Below, piece after piece: positions 1 to 13,850 of a DNA stretch of 64,000 bases (positions are counted from its first letter, which is position 1; every line of letters starts with the position of its first letter). A program made the position numbers and the translations under genes. Source of the stretch: Chiloscyllium plagiosum (taxonomy: Eukaryota); contig NC_057753.1 in the NCBI RefSeq assembly GCF_004010195.1, positions 1,687,930-1,751,929 of the forward strand, given 5' to 3'. The notes beneath the pieces are model-generated. The model saw nothing but the letters and a program-made list of their open reading frames with translations, ran no database searches and was not told where the DNA came from.

Positions 1-236
1 CAAAGCTAGAGTTAACAGTGAGCACCCTACCCCCACCCATACCAACACCTGGATATATTTGGTAATGTTAATACCATATATAAACATATAACTATAACCT
101 CAACAAATAATAATTAAATATAATAATACAAAATAACAAAGGAAAAACAACCCCGCTCCTAAAGACAGAGGTAAAATAGAATAAGGTAACCACCTCCCCC
201 CACCAATAATAACCATAACCCCCTGCTTATATATAT

Positions 237-551
237 GGGCGGCACGGTGGCACAGTGGTTAGCACTGCTGCCTCACAGCGCCTGAGACCCGGGTTCAATT
301 CCCGCCTCAGGCGACTGACTGTGTGGAGTTTGCACGTTCTCCCCGTGTCTGCGTGGGTTTCCTCCGGGTGCTCCGGTTTCCTCCCACAGTCCAAAGATGT
401 GCAGGGTCAGGTGAATTGGCCATGCTAAATTGCCCGTAGTGTTAGGTAAGGGGTAAATGTAGGGGTATGGGTGGGTTCGCTTCGGCGGTCGGTGTGGACT
501 TGTTGGGCCGAAGGGCCTGTTTCCACACTGTAATGTAATCTAATCTAATCT
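237..551 (+). mobile_element. HE1-type tRNA-derived V-SINE, near intact
   Basis: A box TGGCACAGTGG, B box GGTTCAATTCC, V-domain TGTGTGGAGTTTGCACGTTCTCCCCGTGTCTGCGTGGGTTTCC, CR1-like 3' end and (TAATC)n tail, inserted in a TA run. Confidence 0.92.
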
Positions 552-690
552 ATATATATATATACATACACACATATACATACATACATTTACACACACA
601 TATATATATACACACATATACATACATACTCACATATATACATAAAATAATAAAAAAAAACAACCCCAACGGGGGGGGGGGGGGGGGGGG
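551..690. repeat. (TA)/(CA) microsatellite followed by a 20-nt G run
   Basis: Directly visible; G run at 671-690. Confidence 0.85.
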
Positions 691-1850
691 AGAAAATCAT
701 ATCCCTCTCCCCACCCCCCCATGATAGTATTAAAAAGTAAGGTAAGAAAAAAGAAAAAAAAAGGGGATATAAACCAAAGTGGGGTGAAAGGCAAACCAAC
801 ATCCATTATCTCTTATAATTTATCTAAGAGAGTCCCATAATTCCTTAGCCTTTCTGGCGATCCGAACTTATGCACGGATACTTCATGGTTAAAGCGTAGC
901 GTCGCAGGGTAGCGTAAGGAGTATTGAATATTTATGTCCCTTAAATGCTACTTCGCCTCGTCGAATGCCTTCCTCTTTCGGACCAGAGCTGGGGAAAAGT
1001 CCTGAAATAACATGATCTTGGATCCTTTATAAGTCATAGCTTGGGGGTCTTTTCCAAGATTTCTAGAATCTTCTAGGAGTATCTGCCTCTCCCTATAGCT
1101 CTGCCGATAGCAGCTGGAACAGGACCGGGCGTGGGCGCTGGTTCGAGCCGGGCCCGCGTATTGCGACCCGGTAGGCCCATTCTACCCTTACCTGGCCTCA
1201 TCCAGCTTCCAGATTTAAAAGCTGTGGCAGCCATTGCTGGAGGAATGCTGTAAGCTGGCCTTCTTCTTCCCATTCGGGAAGGCCCAGCAAACGAATATTT
1301 TTTCGACGACCTCGATTATCGAGGTCGTCAATGTGATTCTCTAAGGTCCGGACTCGCTGTTCGAGAGTCCGGACCTGATCTACGGACGATTGTGCTGTAG
1401 TTTCGGAGGTCGCGGCCTTTAGCTCCGCCCCTCCGACTCAGCGCTCGGTCTCCTTAATATCTCGGTCGTGCTTCTGCAGCGCGGCCGAGAGTGAGTCCCA
1501 TCGACTTCGGGACTCCTCGATTAAAGCGTTGATCTTCGCGTCCAGCTTGGAGATCATCTCCACAAGGCTTGTCACTGTCGGTAAGTCCCCCGGGGCGGCT
1601 GTGGACGCCTCTGCTGCTGCTGGAGAGTGTGGGGAGGGGTTCCTGCTTGCTGAGAGCTGCTGGGTCCCTTCCCTTTGGTCATTTTTGCTAAATATTAGAC
1701 TGTTTAAATGTAATATTAAGCAAATAATTAAATTAAACAGCTATTATGAATGATTTGGTGAGTGTGGTGGGGGTGGGTGACCCACTTTACCCAAGTCTTG
1801 GGAAGAGCACTATAGACTCAGACTTGCTGGGTCGCCGCCATCTTGGATCC

Positions 1851-3640
1851 GCAACAACTACTCATTAAATCGTTTCCACATGTCTGTTGTGCCCTTTCTG
1901 TGGAACAATTGCTCCCGATCTGTACCTCCCAGCTCCTGTCTGAGAACGTCATAATTTTGTTTTCCCTAATTAAATATCTTACCATGGTAACTGCTCCCTT
2001 CCGTCTCCATGTCTATGTTAAATGTGAGGTAGTTGTGGTCACTGTCACCTAAGTGTTCTCTCACCTGTCCTGGTTCATTGCCGAGCACCACATCCAAAAT
2101 GGCCTCTTCTTTCGTCGGCCTGTCTACATACTGAGTAAGGAAACTCTCCTGAACACACCTGACAAAAATTGCTCCAACCAAACCAGCTGTACTGAAGAGG
2201 TCTCAGTCAATATTGGGAAAGTTGAAGTCACCAATAACAAGAACCTTGCTACATCTGCATTTGTCAGACTCTGCAACCTTTGAGTTCTGTGATCTCCGTA
2301 CTGCTATTAGGGAGTCTGTAGGAAGCTCCCAATGACGTGGCTGCTCCTTTGCTGTTCCAACGTCGACCCAAGCTGACTCTGCAGACAAACCCTCCTCGAC
2401 AATCTTCATATTTGAAGCTGTGACACACTCGCTGATTAGAAATTTGGAACCTCTCCTCTTTCTATCACCTCGTTCTTTTGAAATGTTTTAAAACCCTGGA
2501 ACATCTAGCAAACATTCCTGTTCCCGAGAAACCCACGTCTCCATCATGGCCACAACATCATAGTCCCAAGTATTGATCCATGCACTAAGTTCATCACTCT
2601 TATTTCTGACACTGCTTGCGTTAAAGCAGACACAGATCCCTTTGTTTCATCCCATGAAAAATCTCCCTGATAGATTTACTGCGTCCTTTCAGTGCCTCAC
2701 CTACAACTACTCCCTTCTCAGATACGTAGCTCTGGTTCCCAACCTCCTGCCAAACTTGTTTTAACCCTCCCAAATCACACGAGCACATCCCTTACCCAGG
2801 GTTTTTGTACCACTCCAGTTCAGGTGCAACCTGTCCTTCATGTACAGGTACCACCTTCCACAGAAGGCATCCCAGTGCTCGACGTATCTGAAGCCCTCTC
2901 TCCTGCACCAGCTGCGCAACCACGTATTAAGTTGCACTCGCTGCTTTTTCTTCACCTCACTACTCTACTCGTCCTGCTTTTCAGCTTTCAACTAGCTCTC
3001 TGTAGTCACTTTTCAGATCCTCATTGACTTTCCTGGCTACGTCCATGGTGCCAATATGAACTACGATTTCTTGCTGCTCAACCCCACAGAATCTTGCAAA
3101 ACCGAACAGCGACTTCCCGGACCCTGGCACCGGGGAGGAAACATACCTTCCTGGAGTCCCGTTCCTGACCACAAGTGTCAATAACTATTGAGTTGCTCCT
3201 ACCACTAGCACTTTTCTATTCTTCCCCTTCCGTTCTGAGCCGCAACACCAGGCGCAGTGCCAGAGACTTGACAAGTATGACTTTCTCCTGGTAGGCTGCC
3301 CCCACCAGCAGGATCCAAAACAATGTATTTATTGCTGCGGGGAACGGCCACAGGGGAACCAAGCTGTATGTCGGTTCCCTTTCCTCCTCCTGACTGCAAC
3401 CCTGCTGTCCTTATCCTGCGTGTGAGGAGTGATCACCTCCTTGCACATCCTCTCAATTTCCCCCTCAGCCTTCCAGATGATCCGTAGTTCATCCAGCTGC
3501 ATCTCCAGTTCCCTAACTCGGTTTTCGAGGAGCTGGAGTTGGGTCCTGCAGATGTGGCCAGCGGAGAGATGAGTCTCTCAACCGCCACATTCGGTGGGAG
3601 GAACATGCAACTTCCCTCTCTTACCTTTTCCTGTCCTAAA
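1851..3640 (-). mobile_element. CR1-clade LINE 5' portion (ORF1 esterase domain and ORF2 endonuclease), degenerate
   Basis: VVHIGTMDV, NTWLRSWCRREGFRY..DRLHLN (SGNH-like ORF1); VIGDFNFPNID and FLTQYVDRPT..ILDVVL..LGDSDHN (APE domain). Confidence 0.88.
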
Positions 3641-3899
3641 TGTGGAAAAAACTTACTCTGGAATTATGCTTTCAATGCGAAACAACTCTCAGCTTCTACT
3701 CTGGCAAGGTCTCTACGAAATATATATGTGTCCATAGGGTTGTTTCTCATTCTTCCAAACTCCAATATTTACAACCGAACCTACTCGAGCTCTCCTCATG
3801 GAAAAAAAAAATCCTCTGTACTGTGATCAGTAATCGTCTCCCTTGCCATTATATTTTACCTGATATCGGGGAATCAAAACTATTCACTTTAGTCTCGGT

Positions 3900-6800
3900 G
3901 TGTTCTAAGTGATATATTACATTATTGTCACAAGGTTTCCCTGTTTCTATTGTCCATTCCCTGTGATAAAGACCAATATCTCAGTCACCTTCCTTCTTTT
4001 CTATTAAACATATATGCTAGCTTGTGTTATTTATGCACTAGAAGCCCCAAATGCTTTTGTGCTGCAGTCATTTTAGATAATAGCGTCTCCATTCTTCCGC
4101 AAAACCTATTTTCTACATTATCTTCCTTCTATCAAGTTATTGGCACACACTTAACCTGTCTTTATTTCTCTGCAGACGTTTTGCATCATTTCCCCACTAG
4201 TTTTTCTGATAACATATTCACTTGCCTCATTTATATCATAAATACATATTGGAAATAATTGTTGTCCCAGTACTGATAGGTGTGATATTACACTAGTTGC
4301 GGATTTCCATCTTGAAAATGCTCCTCTTTAACCAAACTCTATTTTGTATTAATTAGTCAATCTTCCATCCATGGAAATATCCGACGTATCCATGGTCATC
4401 TCTTACTAAGTAATCTTACGTGCAAGACATCTTGAAACAACTTTTGGAAATTCAGCTATGTCACATGTCTTAGCCCTTTATCGTCCTGCTTGCGATATTC
4501 TCATGGAATTATAATAAATCTGTCGAGCATTGTTTCTATTTTGATGAAGACACGTTGAATCAACTTGAACAGATTATGCATTTCTAAGTAGACTGCAATT
4601 GCGTCATTCGTAACATGTACTGACATTACTCTAATGACACATTTTAAACTCACTGATTTGTTTTTGCTTTCCTATCCTTTAGGACGTTTCCAGAAAGGAA
4701 GGAGTCTTGAAAGTTTTCTACCATTGTCTTTTAAGATATTTCATTTGACGTCTTCGGACACAATGCATCAAGTTCAGTGTACCAATTGGCTTTCAGCCCA
4801 ATTAGTTTCCAAAGTAATTTTTTCTACTGGTGATTATTGCATTCATTTCCTCGCCCACCTTTATCTATTGAGTATTTTGCAATTAAAATTCTGATCGTGG
4901 TTATTTGTATGCATGGCTCACTTCCGACCCCGACCACTCCACTTCACCTCAGACACTTGTTGAGATTTTCTGGAGGACTACTATGAGGTTTTGATAAGAC
5001 CGTTTTTCATTCTGATGAAGCAGCATTGCAGTATAATAACATACCTGTACCTGTGTCACCAAAAGTGCAATTTGGACTCACATAAAAACATGTTTAGAAA
5101 AATTCAATAAAATCGTTAAAAAATCATTACTGCTACATTGACCACAACTTCAAAATGCAGAACATAAGCATGATCTTATTGACTGGTCGAACAGGCTTGA
5201 GGACCTGAATGATCTATTCCTGTTCCTTTGCCTATTCTCTTCTGCTGATTCATATGCCACGCTGCAGTAGTGCTCGCCTTCTGCATAAGGAGCTAACGGT
5301 CAGGAAGGGAAATAACTTCAAATGCCTGCCTTTGGCCGATATGTATGAGGAACGGCGTTCCAAACCCGTAGTATTCTTTCCAAGTAGAAATGCTTTCTCG
5401 CATCACTTTTGAATGCCATGGTTCTCGTTCTCAGTCTGTGGCGCTTAGTTATAGATTTTCATCCAGTGTAAATAGTTTATGTTTATCTGTCCTGTCTTTT
5501 CCTGCTAACACCTTGGAAACCCTGATGAGATCACTACTTTACCTTCTAACTTTTAGGGAAGGCAGGCCTAATTTGTCTGATGCCTGAACTTAGTTTAACC
5601 CTTGAAGTCCAGCTAATATCACTGTAAACCTACCTTGAACGGCCTCCAAGGCCAAGACATCCTCCGTAAAGTGCGGTGCCCAGATCTACTCACAGTACTC
5701 TGCGTGGGCGATAATTCGGATTTTGTATAACTATAGCGTAGCATCTGCACATCTGTATCCTTTCATTGGATCTCTTTAGATATGAAGGTCTGCATTACAT
5801 TCGCCTTCTTGACTGTTATCTGTACCTGTTCATGGCATTTCAGGAGCTTTGCATCGAACCCCACAAGTCTCAGTGGACATCTACTACATTTAATTTTGTG
5901 CCTTCTGAAAAATATCCTGATGTATGCAAAAGCCAGCAACACATGGCCTTTTTAAAAGAAAACTGACACACACTACTTTTGACAAAACGTCATCACTCTC
6001 AACACAGGTTCCATGAAGGGGTGAGCTCAAAGTTAATCTGTTGCATGCTTGGCTCCAACAGTCTTTACATCTCAAGTGATAGACACTATGTATGATCCTT
6101 TGAGATGTAATAATACAGTGAGTGAAATCTGAATGAAAAAGAAGTGTTCAATATTAAATTATTCTGTTGTCACAGCATACATTGCACAATAGCCACGACA
6201 GTTCCACCAGCTAGTCGTTTCTGCACTCCTGTAGCATAAGGCTACAGTTTTCAGATTCATATGCAACAAGTTTGTTACCTCCGTTTTGTGGCTTTAGCAA
6301 CCCCACACTCGCTATACATACATCCCACCCTTTGTTGCACTCACTTTCCCAACTTTGTGGATTTCCATCCTTCTAGCCTGACAGCTCTGTTTCACATTCC
6401 ATGCCAGCCACCTATAAATTTTGACTGCCCGACTATCTCCAATGTTCCTAAGTGTTTCTCCTTATTTTCTCACTTCTGCACCAATTGCAGGTTGCTTGTT
6501 TCTCAAATTTGTTGATGATAGCATCGTCACAGATTCTGTCCATTCTACTACCTTTCCTTGATTGGCTGTCATCATGATACACTTTTGTTGGGAATTCTGG
6601 TGGCTTTCAGTGATGAATTTTCCCACCCCTAAAATGTGGTTTCACTGTTGCAAACCAATTGCTTTAATGGGGTGCATTCTTAAAACCTGCTGTATGACCA
6701 TTGGTCAATTTGATTGTTTCATTTACAATTTCGAAGACTCCCTGCAATTTTATAAACAAATCGTTATAGTAAATATGCTCTCTTAGTCTGATTGTTTTTA

Positions 6801-7700
6801 TCATTTGCAAATCGAACATAAATTGTTACCTGCAGAAAATATCATTGCTTACGTGAGAAGATGTCCGCAGATCCCTGAAAGGAGTCAGAAGCAAAGATAT
6901 GCAGAACAGCAGAGATCTTAACCACAACATGGCTAACTGTTGCGTCACCATCCTCGTTGAGCAAGGATGATGTTAATTTTGTTGTCTGTACTATTCAACA
7001 AGTTCTAAATCAGAAGTTCATACGAGGGCTGCAGTGGTTGGTACCATGCTGCCGAGAAGGTCAAAAGTCGGAAAGTACAGGTAAAATGAAAGAAACTTCC
7101 AAATTGACCTCTAGGTTTTTGAAAATTATCTCGAAATGATCTCAATTACAGTCTGAGCAAGACCTCTGAGCCAAATTGTTTAACATGTTTCAACGTTTTC
7201 TACCTGAATTTCATAGCCATATCCAACTCATTACAGCACTCCCCCTGGCGACACTGGTGAGTTTCAGACAACGTTAGAAACTCCAATAAGAATACGGTTG
7301 ACTTAGAATTCAAGTTCTGTTAACAGCCTTTTGGCATCCTTATTCTAACCTGTCTGTACCACTGGACTAACCGACCTTGAAACGTGCATCAGTTCATGGT
7401 TTCATGTCACAATATTGATAGCTTTACCATCTTTAAATCCTTGCACCTACTGTTCTGTTAGCAATGATTAGAAATTGCTGTATCGACATTTGTAACGGAA
7501 GAGGTCTTGTAAACGTCTCACAGTGTGATTATGTACTTGAGTACTCATGATAATAGAACCCAATGTAAATCCAATTTTTTCATCTGCAAACGTTGAAGTT
7601 ATAACCATATTATTAATATTTATTACAACAGCAGCAATGCGAATGCCTATGTAAGTACCACAAAATACGTCCCTTCAATCTGTAAAGAATCGAGTCACCA
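3900..7700. repeat. Segmental-duplication block (upstream flank of copy 0), paralogous to ~36400-41600 and ~55300-57650
   Basis: Shared anchors in the same order, e.g. gagattttctgga at ~4962/37468/56401 and ggagycagaagcaaaga at ~6881/40887. Confidence 0.75.
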
Positions 7701-7879
7701 TCATTTCCTCATTTCTGTCCCATAGACAATTTTGTATCAACGCTATGACTGCCAGATCTTATTAATACAATGGGCTATAAGTTTGCTGTTATGTAAGGCA
7801 GGTATCGGACGGGATTTGGCTGGGAATGGAGGGTTTAAGTAGAAGGACAGGCTGGAAATGTAGAATAATGATTAACAAA

Positions 7880-10800
7880 GACAATAGAGTACAGCAACAG
7901 TCCCTTCGGGCGTCCAAGCGTCTGCCAACACATTTCCATTTCCATATTAAACCAGTCTGCACTTACAGGATCTGTATCTCTCTATTCCCTTCCTGTTCAT
8001 GTATTTGCTCAGGTATCTCTTCCATGCTGCTATTGTGTCTGCTTCCAACACTTCCTGTGGCAGCATGTTTCAGACACTCATCACCCATTGTGTGAAAACC
8101 TTGTCTTGCACCACACTTTTGAACTTGCCCCCACAACTCATCCCGTACCTTGAACCCGTGTCTCTTTGCAAGCTACCCTTCCATGCCAAGAAAAAAGCCT
8201 TAGACTTTATCCATGCCATTCCTTATCTGACATACTTCTATTAGGTCGTCTCTCAACCTCCTGCGTTCCAGTGAGAAAATATCAGTCTGTCTAACCTTTC
8301 CACACAGCTACATGCTCCCATATCAGGCAATATACTGGTAAACATTTTCTGTACGTTCTCCAATGTATCCACTTCCTTCTGGTAATGTGGCGATCAGAAC
8401 TGCATCTAGTATTTCAAGTCTGTCCTATATAATGTTCTATTAAGCTGCTGCAAAACTTGTCTATCTTTAAATTCAATGCCACTTCCATTGACACCATGTA
8501 TGCCATACCTCTTTTGCGCAATCTAATCTGTGATACCACCTTCAGTGATTTGCGAACCTGTGTACACAAATCCCTCCGCCTATCAATACTCCTAAGCGTT
8601 CTGCCATGCTCTTAAAAACTTCTATTTGTATTTGTCCTTCTGAAATACATCACTTCACATTTGTCAGGATTAAGTTCTAGCTACCATTTTTTTCTGTCCA
8701 TTCCTCCAACTGATCAATATCCTGCTGTATATTCTGTCAAACCTCCTCACTATCCACAACTCCATCAACCCCGCATCGTCGTGTTGGAAAAATACTAACT
8801 AGACCAGCCACTGTTTCCTCCATATCATTTGTATAGAGCATGAAAAGAAGAGGTCACATCACTGATCCTTGTGGAACACCACAACTGTGCATTCCGAAAA
8901 AAAAGTCCTTCCACCGTTACTCTCTGTCTCCTTTGACTACGCCAGTTCTGAATACATGTTGGCAGCTCAGAATTGATACCATGTGACTTTTTCCTTTATA
9001 CTTGCCTTCCATAAGTGACATTGTCAAAAGCCAACAAGGGTCGATACCATATTGGATTTGGTAATGGGGAATGAACCCGGTCAGGTGTTAAATTTGGAGT
9101 GAGGTGAGCACTTCAGCGAAAGTGACTACAATTCGGTTATGTTCACAATAGCAATAGGCAAGGATAGGTATATACAGCACGGAAAGAGGTGTAACCCGGA
9201 GAAAGGCAATTATGATGCGATTAGCCAAGACTTAGGATGCATAGGGTGGGGAAGGAAACTTCAGGCTTGGACAGACTTGAAATTTGTAACTTATTCAAGG
9301 TAATTCGACTGTGTGTCTTTGGTAAGTATATATCTATCAGGCAGGGAGATAGTTGTTGAGAGAGGGAGCCATGGTTTACTAAAGAAGTTGAAGCTCTTGT
9401 CAACAGGAAAAAAGAGGATTACGTGAGGATGAGGCGTGTAGATTCAATTAGGGGCTTGAGAGTTATAAGTTATCCCGAAAAGATCTAAAGAGAGGGCTAA
9501 GAAGAGCTAGGAGGGGACACGAGAAGGCATTAGCGGATAGGAGCAAGGAAAACCATAAGGTCTTCTGTAGATATGTCAGGAATAAAAGAATGAATAGAGT
9601 AAGATTAGGGCCAATCAAGCATATTCGTGGAAAGTTGTGTGTGGAATCTGAGGACATAGGGGAAGTCCTTAATGAATACTTTTTGACAGTATTCACATCG
9701 GAAAATGGCAATGTTAGCGAGAATACAGAGTTGCAGTCTCCTAGATTCGGTGGGGTTGCAGTTTACAAAGAGGAGGTTTTAGCAATTTTGGAAGATCTGA
9801 AAATAGATACGACCTCTCAGCTGGATAGGATTTATCCTCCAATTCTCTGGAAAGCCATTAAGGAGATTGCAGAGCATTTGGCTTTGATCTTTATGTCATC
9901 ATTGTCGACGGGAGGAGTGCCAGAAGACTCGAGCATAGCAAATGTTGTCGCTTTGTTGAAGAAGGAGAGTCGGGATAACCCTGGAAATTATAGGCCAGTG
10001 AGCCTTATTTTGGTTGTGGGTAAATTCTTGAAAAATGTTATAAACGATAGGATTTATAATCGTCTGGAAAGGAATAATTTGATTAGGGATAGTCAACACG
10101 GTTGGTTGAAGGGTAGGTCGTGCCAAACTAACCTTATTGAGGTCTACGAGAAGGTGATAAAACAGGTGGATGGAGGTAAAATGGTTGATGTGGTGTATAT
10201 AGACTTCAAAAAGAGGTTGGAAAGGTTCCACACAGTAGGCTATTGCACAAAGCACAGAGTTTCGAGATTGACGGTGATTTAGCGATTTGGATCAGAAATT
10301 AGCTAGTTGACAGAAGACAGAAGGTGAAGGTTGATTGGAAATGTTCATCTTGGAGCTCAGATACCAGTGGTGCGCCGCAAGGATCTGTTTTGGGGCCACT
10401 GCTGTTTGTTATTTTTATAAATGATCTGGATGTGGGCGTAGATGGATGGGTTAGTAAATTTGCGGATAGCACTAAGGTAGACAGAGTTGTGGATACTGTC
10501 AAATGATGTTGTGGGTACAGAGGAAGATAGATACGATGTAGAGCTGGGTGGAGAAGTGTCAAATGGAGTTCAATTCGCAACAAATGTGAGGTAGTTCACT
10601 TAGAAGTAACAGGAATGCAGAGTACCTGGCTAATGAAAGAAAATCCTCGCAGTGTAGATGAACAGAGAGACCTCGGTGCCCTGGTACATAAATTCCTGAA
10701 AGATACCACCGAAGTTGATAGAGTTGTTAAGAAGGCATAAGGTGTGTTTGCGTTTATTGGTCGGGGGCTTAAGTTTCGGAGCCACGAGGTCATGCTTCAG

Positions 10801-11600
10801 CTGTACAAGGCAGTGGTAAGGTTGCACCTTGAGTATTGCGTACACTTCTGGTCATCGCATTATTGGAAGGATATGGAAGCTTTGGAAAGGGTTCAGAGGA
10901 GTTTTATGAGCATGCTGCCTGGTTTGGAAGGAAGGTCTTACGAGGAAAGGCTGAGGGACTTGAGGCTATTTTTGTTGGAGAGAAGAAGATTGAGAGGTGA
11001 CTTAATTGAGATGTATTAGATAATCAGTGGGCTAAATAGGGTGGATAGTGACAACCTTTTTCATTGGATGGTGAAGGCTAACCCGAGGGCACATAGCTTT
11101 AAATTGGGGGGTGATAGATTGAGGACAGATATCAGGGGTATTGTCTTTACTCAGTGAGTAGTAGAGGAACGAAACGGCCAGTCTGCAACAGCAGTAGATG
11201 ATCAGGGCATTTAAAAGGGCTTTGAACATATATGTGGGCAATAATGGAGCGGTATAGGTTAGACAGCATCAGATTAATCTCACAGGTCGGCGTAACATCG
11301 AGAGCCAAAGGGCCTGTACTGCACTGTCATGCTGTATGTTGTATGCTTTATGTTCTACGTTCCATGTTTTACTGAAGTCGATGTGGACAACATCAAACGA
11401 TTTTCCAAAGTCAATCGTCATCATCAATCTCTCAGTAAAGTCGGTCACGTTATTAATATACGATCTCTCCCTCATACCGTCTATCAGTAATAAGTCAATT
11501 TGTTTCTTTCCCTCCCACTGGTTTGATTTTTTTCCCTAATATGGCAATTCAACTTTTCTTCCAAACCATTTGTCACATTCTTTTTCACCAGCTGAACTGG
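7880..11600 (-). mobile_element. Old CR1 LINE 3' half, interrupted at 9033-11367
   Basis: The RT-region sequence ttgtcaaaagcc (9021-9032) continues as ttactgaagtc (~11369); ORF piece FDVVHIDFSK. Confidence 0.72.
9033..11367 (+). mobile_element. CR1 LINE, 5'-truncated (end of EN, RT, 3' tail), inserted in the opposite orientation into an older CR1
   Basis: [48 protein letters not shown]; tail atgttctacgttccatgtt. Confidence 0.92.
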
Positions 11601-11620
11601 CACAGGAAAGGAGTTACGTA

Positions 11621-11845
11621 GGTGAAAGTGAGGACTGCAGATGCTGGAGATTAGAGTCGAGAGTGTAGTGCTGGAAAAGCACAGCCAATCAGGCAGCATC
11701 CAAGGGTCAGAAAACTCAACATTTCATGCATAAGCCCTTCATCAGCAATGAGGCTTTTGGGCCGAGGGGGCTGAGAGATAAATGGGAGTGGGGTGGGGTT
11801 GAGGAGAAGGTAGCTGACAGTGCAATAGGTAGATGAAGGCTGGGA
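11621..11845 (-). mobile_element. Penelope-like terminal repeat fragment with a degenerate hammerhead-like motif
   Basis: Minus strand CTGATGAAGGGCTTATGCATGAAATGTTG; same family as 47093-47510 and 52196-52406. Confidence 0.7.
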
Positions 11846-11849
11846 CCAT

Positions 11850-13600
11850 TTTCACCAGAACGTCGGCGTTTGAGGAGTGACCTTATAGAGGTTTATAAAA
11901 TCATGAGAGGTACATTAGCAGAGCTCTTTTCCTTCAGGAGAGAAGTTCAAAACTAGGGAGCACATATTTTTGGTGAGATGAGAAGGATTTCAAAGGACAT
12001 GAGGTGCAAAATGTTTACACTGAGTGTAGATAGTATGTGGAATGAATTGCCATAGCAAGTGGCGAATACAAGTTCAGTTACAAAGTTTAAAGATATTTGG
12101 TACTAACGTGTATAGGAAATGTTTGGAGGAATCCGGACCAAACGCAGGCCTTTGAAATTAGTTTTGTTTGGAAACATGGCTGGCTTGAATTCATTGGACT
12201 GAAGGGCTTGTTTCCATGCTATATTTGACAAAGAGGCAACAATTCCGCCTATCACAGACACATGCACATACCCGCATCCATGCTTCCATTTGGTAGAAGT
12301 GAGTTCAATTCACCATGAATTATTCAGTGTGCATGTAAGTTCACAAAAAACTAACAAAGCTGTCACTCTGAGCCACACCTTTGACAGAGCTGTCTGATTT
12401 TCATGTATTTGTGAAAATGCATTCCAAATTCTCAAGAGAGAATGACTTTAGAATATGCATAACATTTCTCCTAGAATAAGCTCTTAAATTCATCTACTGT
12501 AATAATCTCAGTAATAATCATAACAGTTTGGGTTTCTCCAGAACTGCATGCGACTTCCTTTCTTCAACTCCTGTATTATAGATTATCCTCAACTGCTATT
12601 ATAGAACGAACGAAAAAAGATGCCGAGTGATTTAGTAGCTTCTCTGTTATTTTCATACTTGCAGTTAGATTATCGCTTGAGTCTGCCTTTCAGAGTATAC
12701 CTTAATGTCAGTGTCTGCATGAGAGACTGAGACTCTCAGCTGATCTGAGTTTGAAAACCTATTCAATCCTATTGTTAATTGGATGAGCTGCTGTTGCGTC
12801 CAGCCACTATAAAGAGCGAGCGTCCTGAATTTGAAGGCGAATGTTGTTCAGATTTGAATCATTGTTTAGACTGAATCATTTGAGGATATATGCGCAGTTC
12901 ATGCTTTTTTTTACTGGATTTTAACCGAATTCGCTTTCTCCAAAATGCACGACATTTATTGCTTAGCCTCTCTCATAATGCATTCAGCTTATCATCTTTC
13001 TTTTGGCTTTTAGGATCTGGTGGAAAATTGATGTTGGGATTGCAGATCCTCAGTCACTGAATTAAAAGGTGGAACAAGATTGAAGGTCGAAGATGTCAAG
13101 ACAGTAACAACGCCAGGGAAGCCATCATTTATTCGATTTATTTTATTAATTCACCAGATGTGGACGTTGTTGGCTTGGTCAGTTTTGTTGTTCAGTTTAA
13201 GAGTCATTGCTGTTCATGTGGATTCACATGTAGATCAGACCAGAGGAAAAGTAAGCAGCTTATTTCTCTAAAGGACATAAGTGAATGAATTTGTTTACAC
13301 AGCAAATGTTTCGTGGTCTTTGGAGACACATAATTCCAAATTTGTTATAAAATTCAAATCTTATCAACTGCCATGGCAGGACATGAACAAGGAAAACGAG
13401 GACATCACCTGGGTGTCTGTAAATTGCAACACCAGTTCGGATAGTCTTCATCCATAGGCTGTGCAATGATGCGTCCCCCCAGACATTAAGGTGATGAACT
13501 TCTTATCTAGTATGTTATACACGCGTTGGTTCAAATCATGCTGTTGTCGCCATTTCCGTCAATGATTATCTCCGTGTTATTTCTGGATGCTTGTCCAGCT
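11850..13600. repeat. Segmental-duplication block paralogous to ~43400-45200, including a shared old CR1 3' fragment and a SINE relic
   Basis: ctattcaatcctattgtt at ~12760/44366; attcagcttatcatcttt..tttggctttt at ~12982/44594. Confidence 0.75.
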
Positions 13601-13644
13601 TTTGTAAAAGACTTTGCAGAGGAGCAAACTTGGGTAGAGAGTAA

Positions 13645-13850
13645 ACAAAACTGCAGATGAAGTAGACAGGCAGCAGGCTGGAAGAACACACCAAGCCAGG
13701 CAGCATCAGGAGGTGGAGAAGTCTATGTTTTGGGAAGAAGGATTACATCCGAATCATCAACTTCTTCATCTCGTGTTGCGCCTGGCTTGCTGAGTTCTTG
13801 CAGCTTCCTGCTTGTCTACTTCGGATTCTAGCGTCTGCAGTTTGTTTTTG
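13645..13850. mobile_element. Degenerate palindromic element, probably inverted Penelope-like termini
   Basis: aaacaaaactgcagatg..agtagacaggcagcaggctggaagaac mirrored by gttcttgcagcttcctgcttgtctact..tctgcagtttgtttt. Confidence 0.6.

Larger units (their letters stand above)
1..1850 (-). mobile_element. 5' part of an L1-clade LINE: 5' UTR, disrupted ORF1 (1682-820) and probably the inter-ORF region running off the window
   Basis: ORF1 reads MTKGKGPSSSQQAG...LENHIDDLDNRGRRKNIRLLGLPE...VFQDFSPALVRKRKAFDEAK*...YSLRYPATLRF, an L1 ORF1p pattern with stops and a frameshift. The 5' end is GGATCCAAGATGGCGG. The extent below 820 is inferred. Confidence 0.82.

Noticed and set aside
237..312. tRNA-like A and B boxes
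   Set aside because: Head of a SINE with body and tail; not a tRNA gene.
9590..11019. RT ORFs as active or domesticated genes (also 20108-20863 and 38532-39712)
   Set aside because: 5'-truncated CR1 copies with stops and frameshifts.
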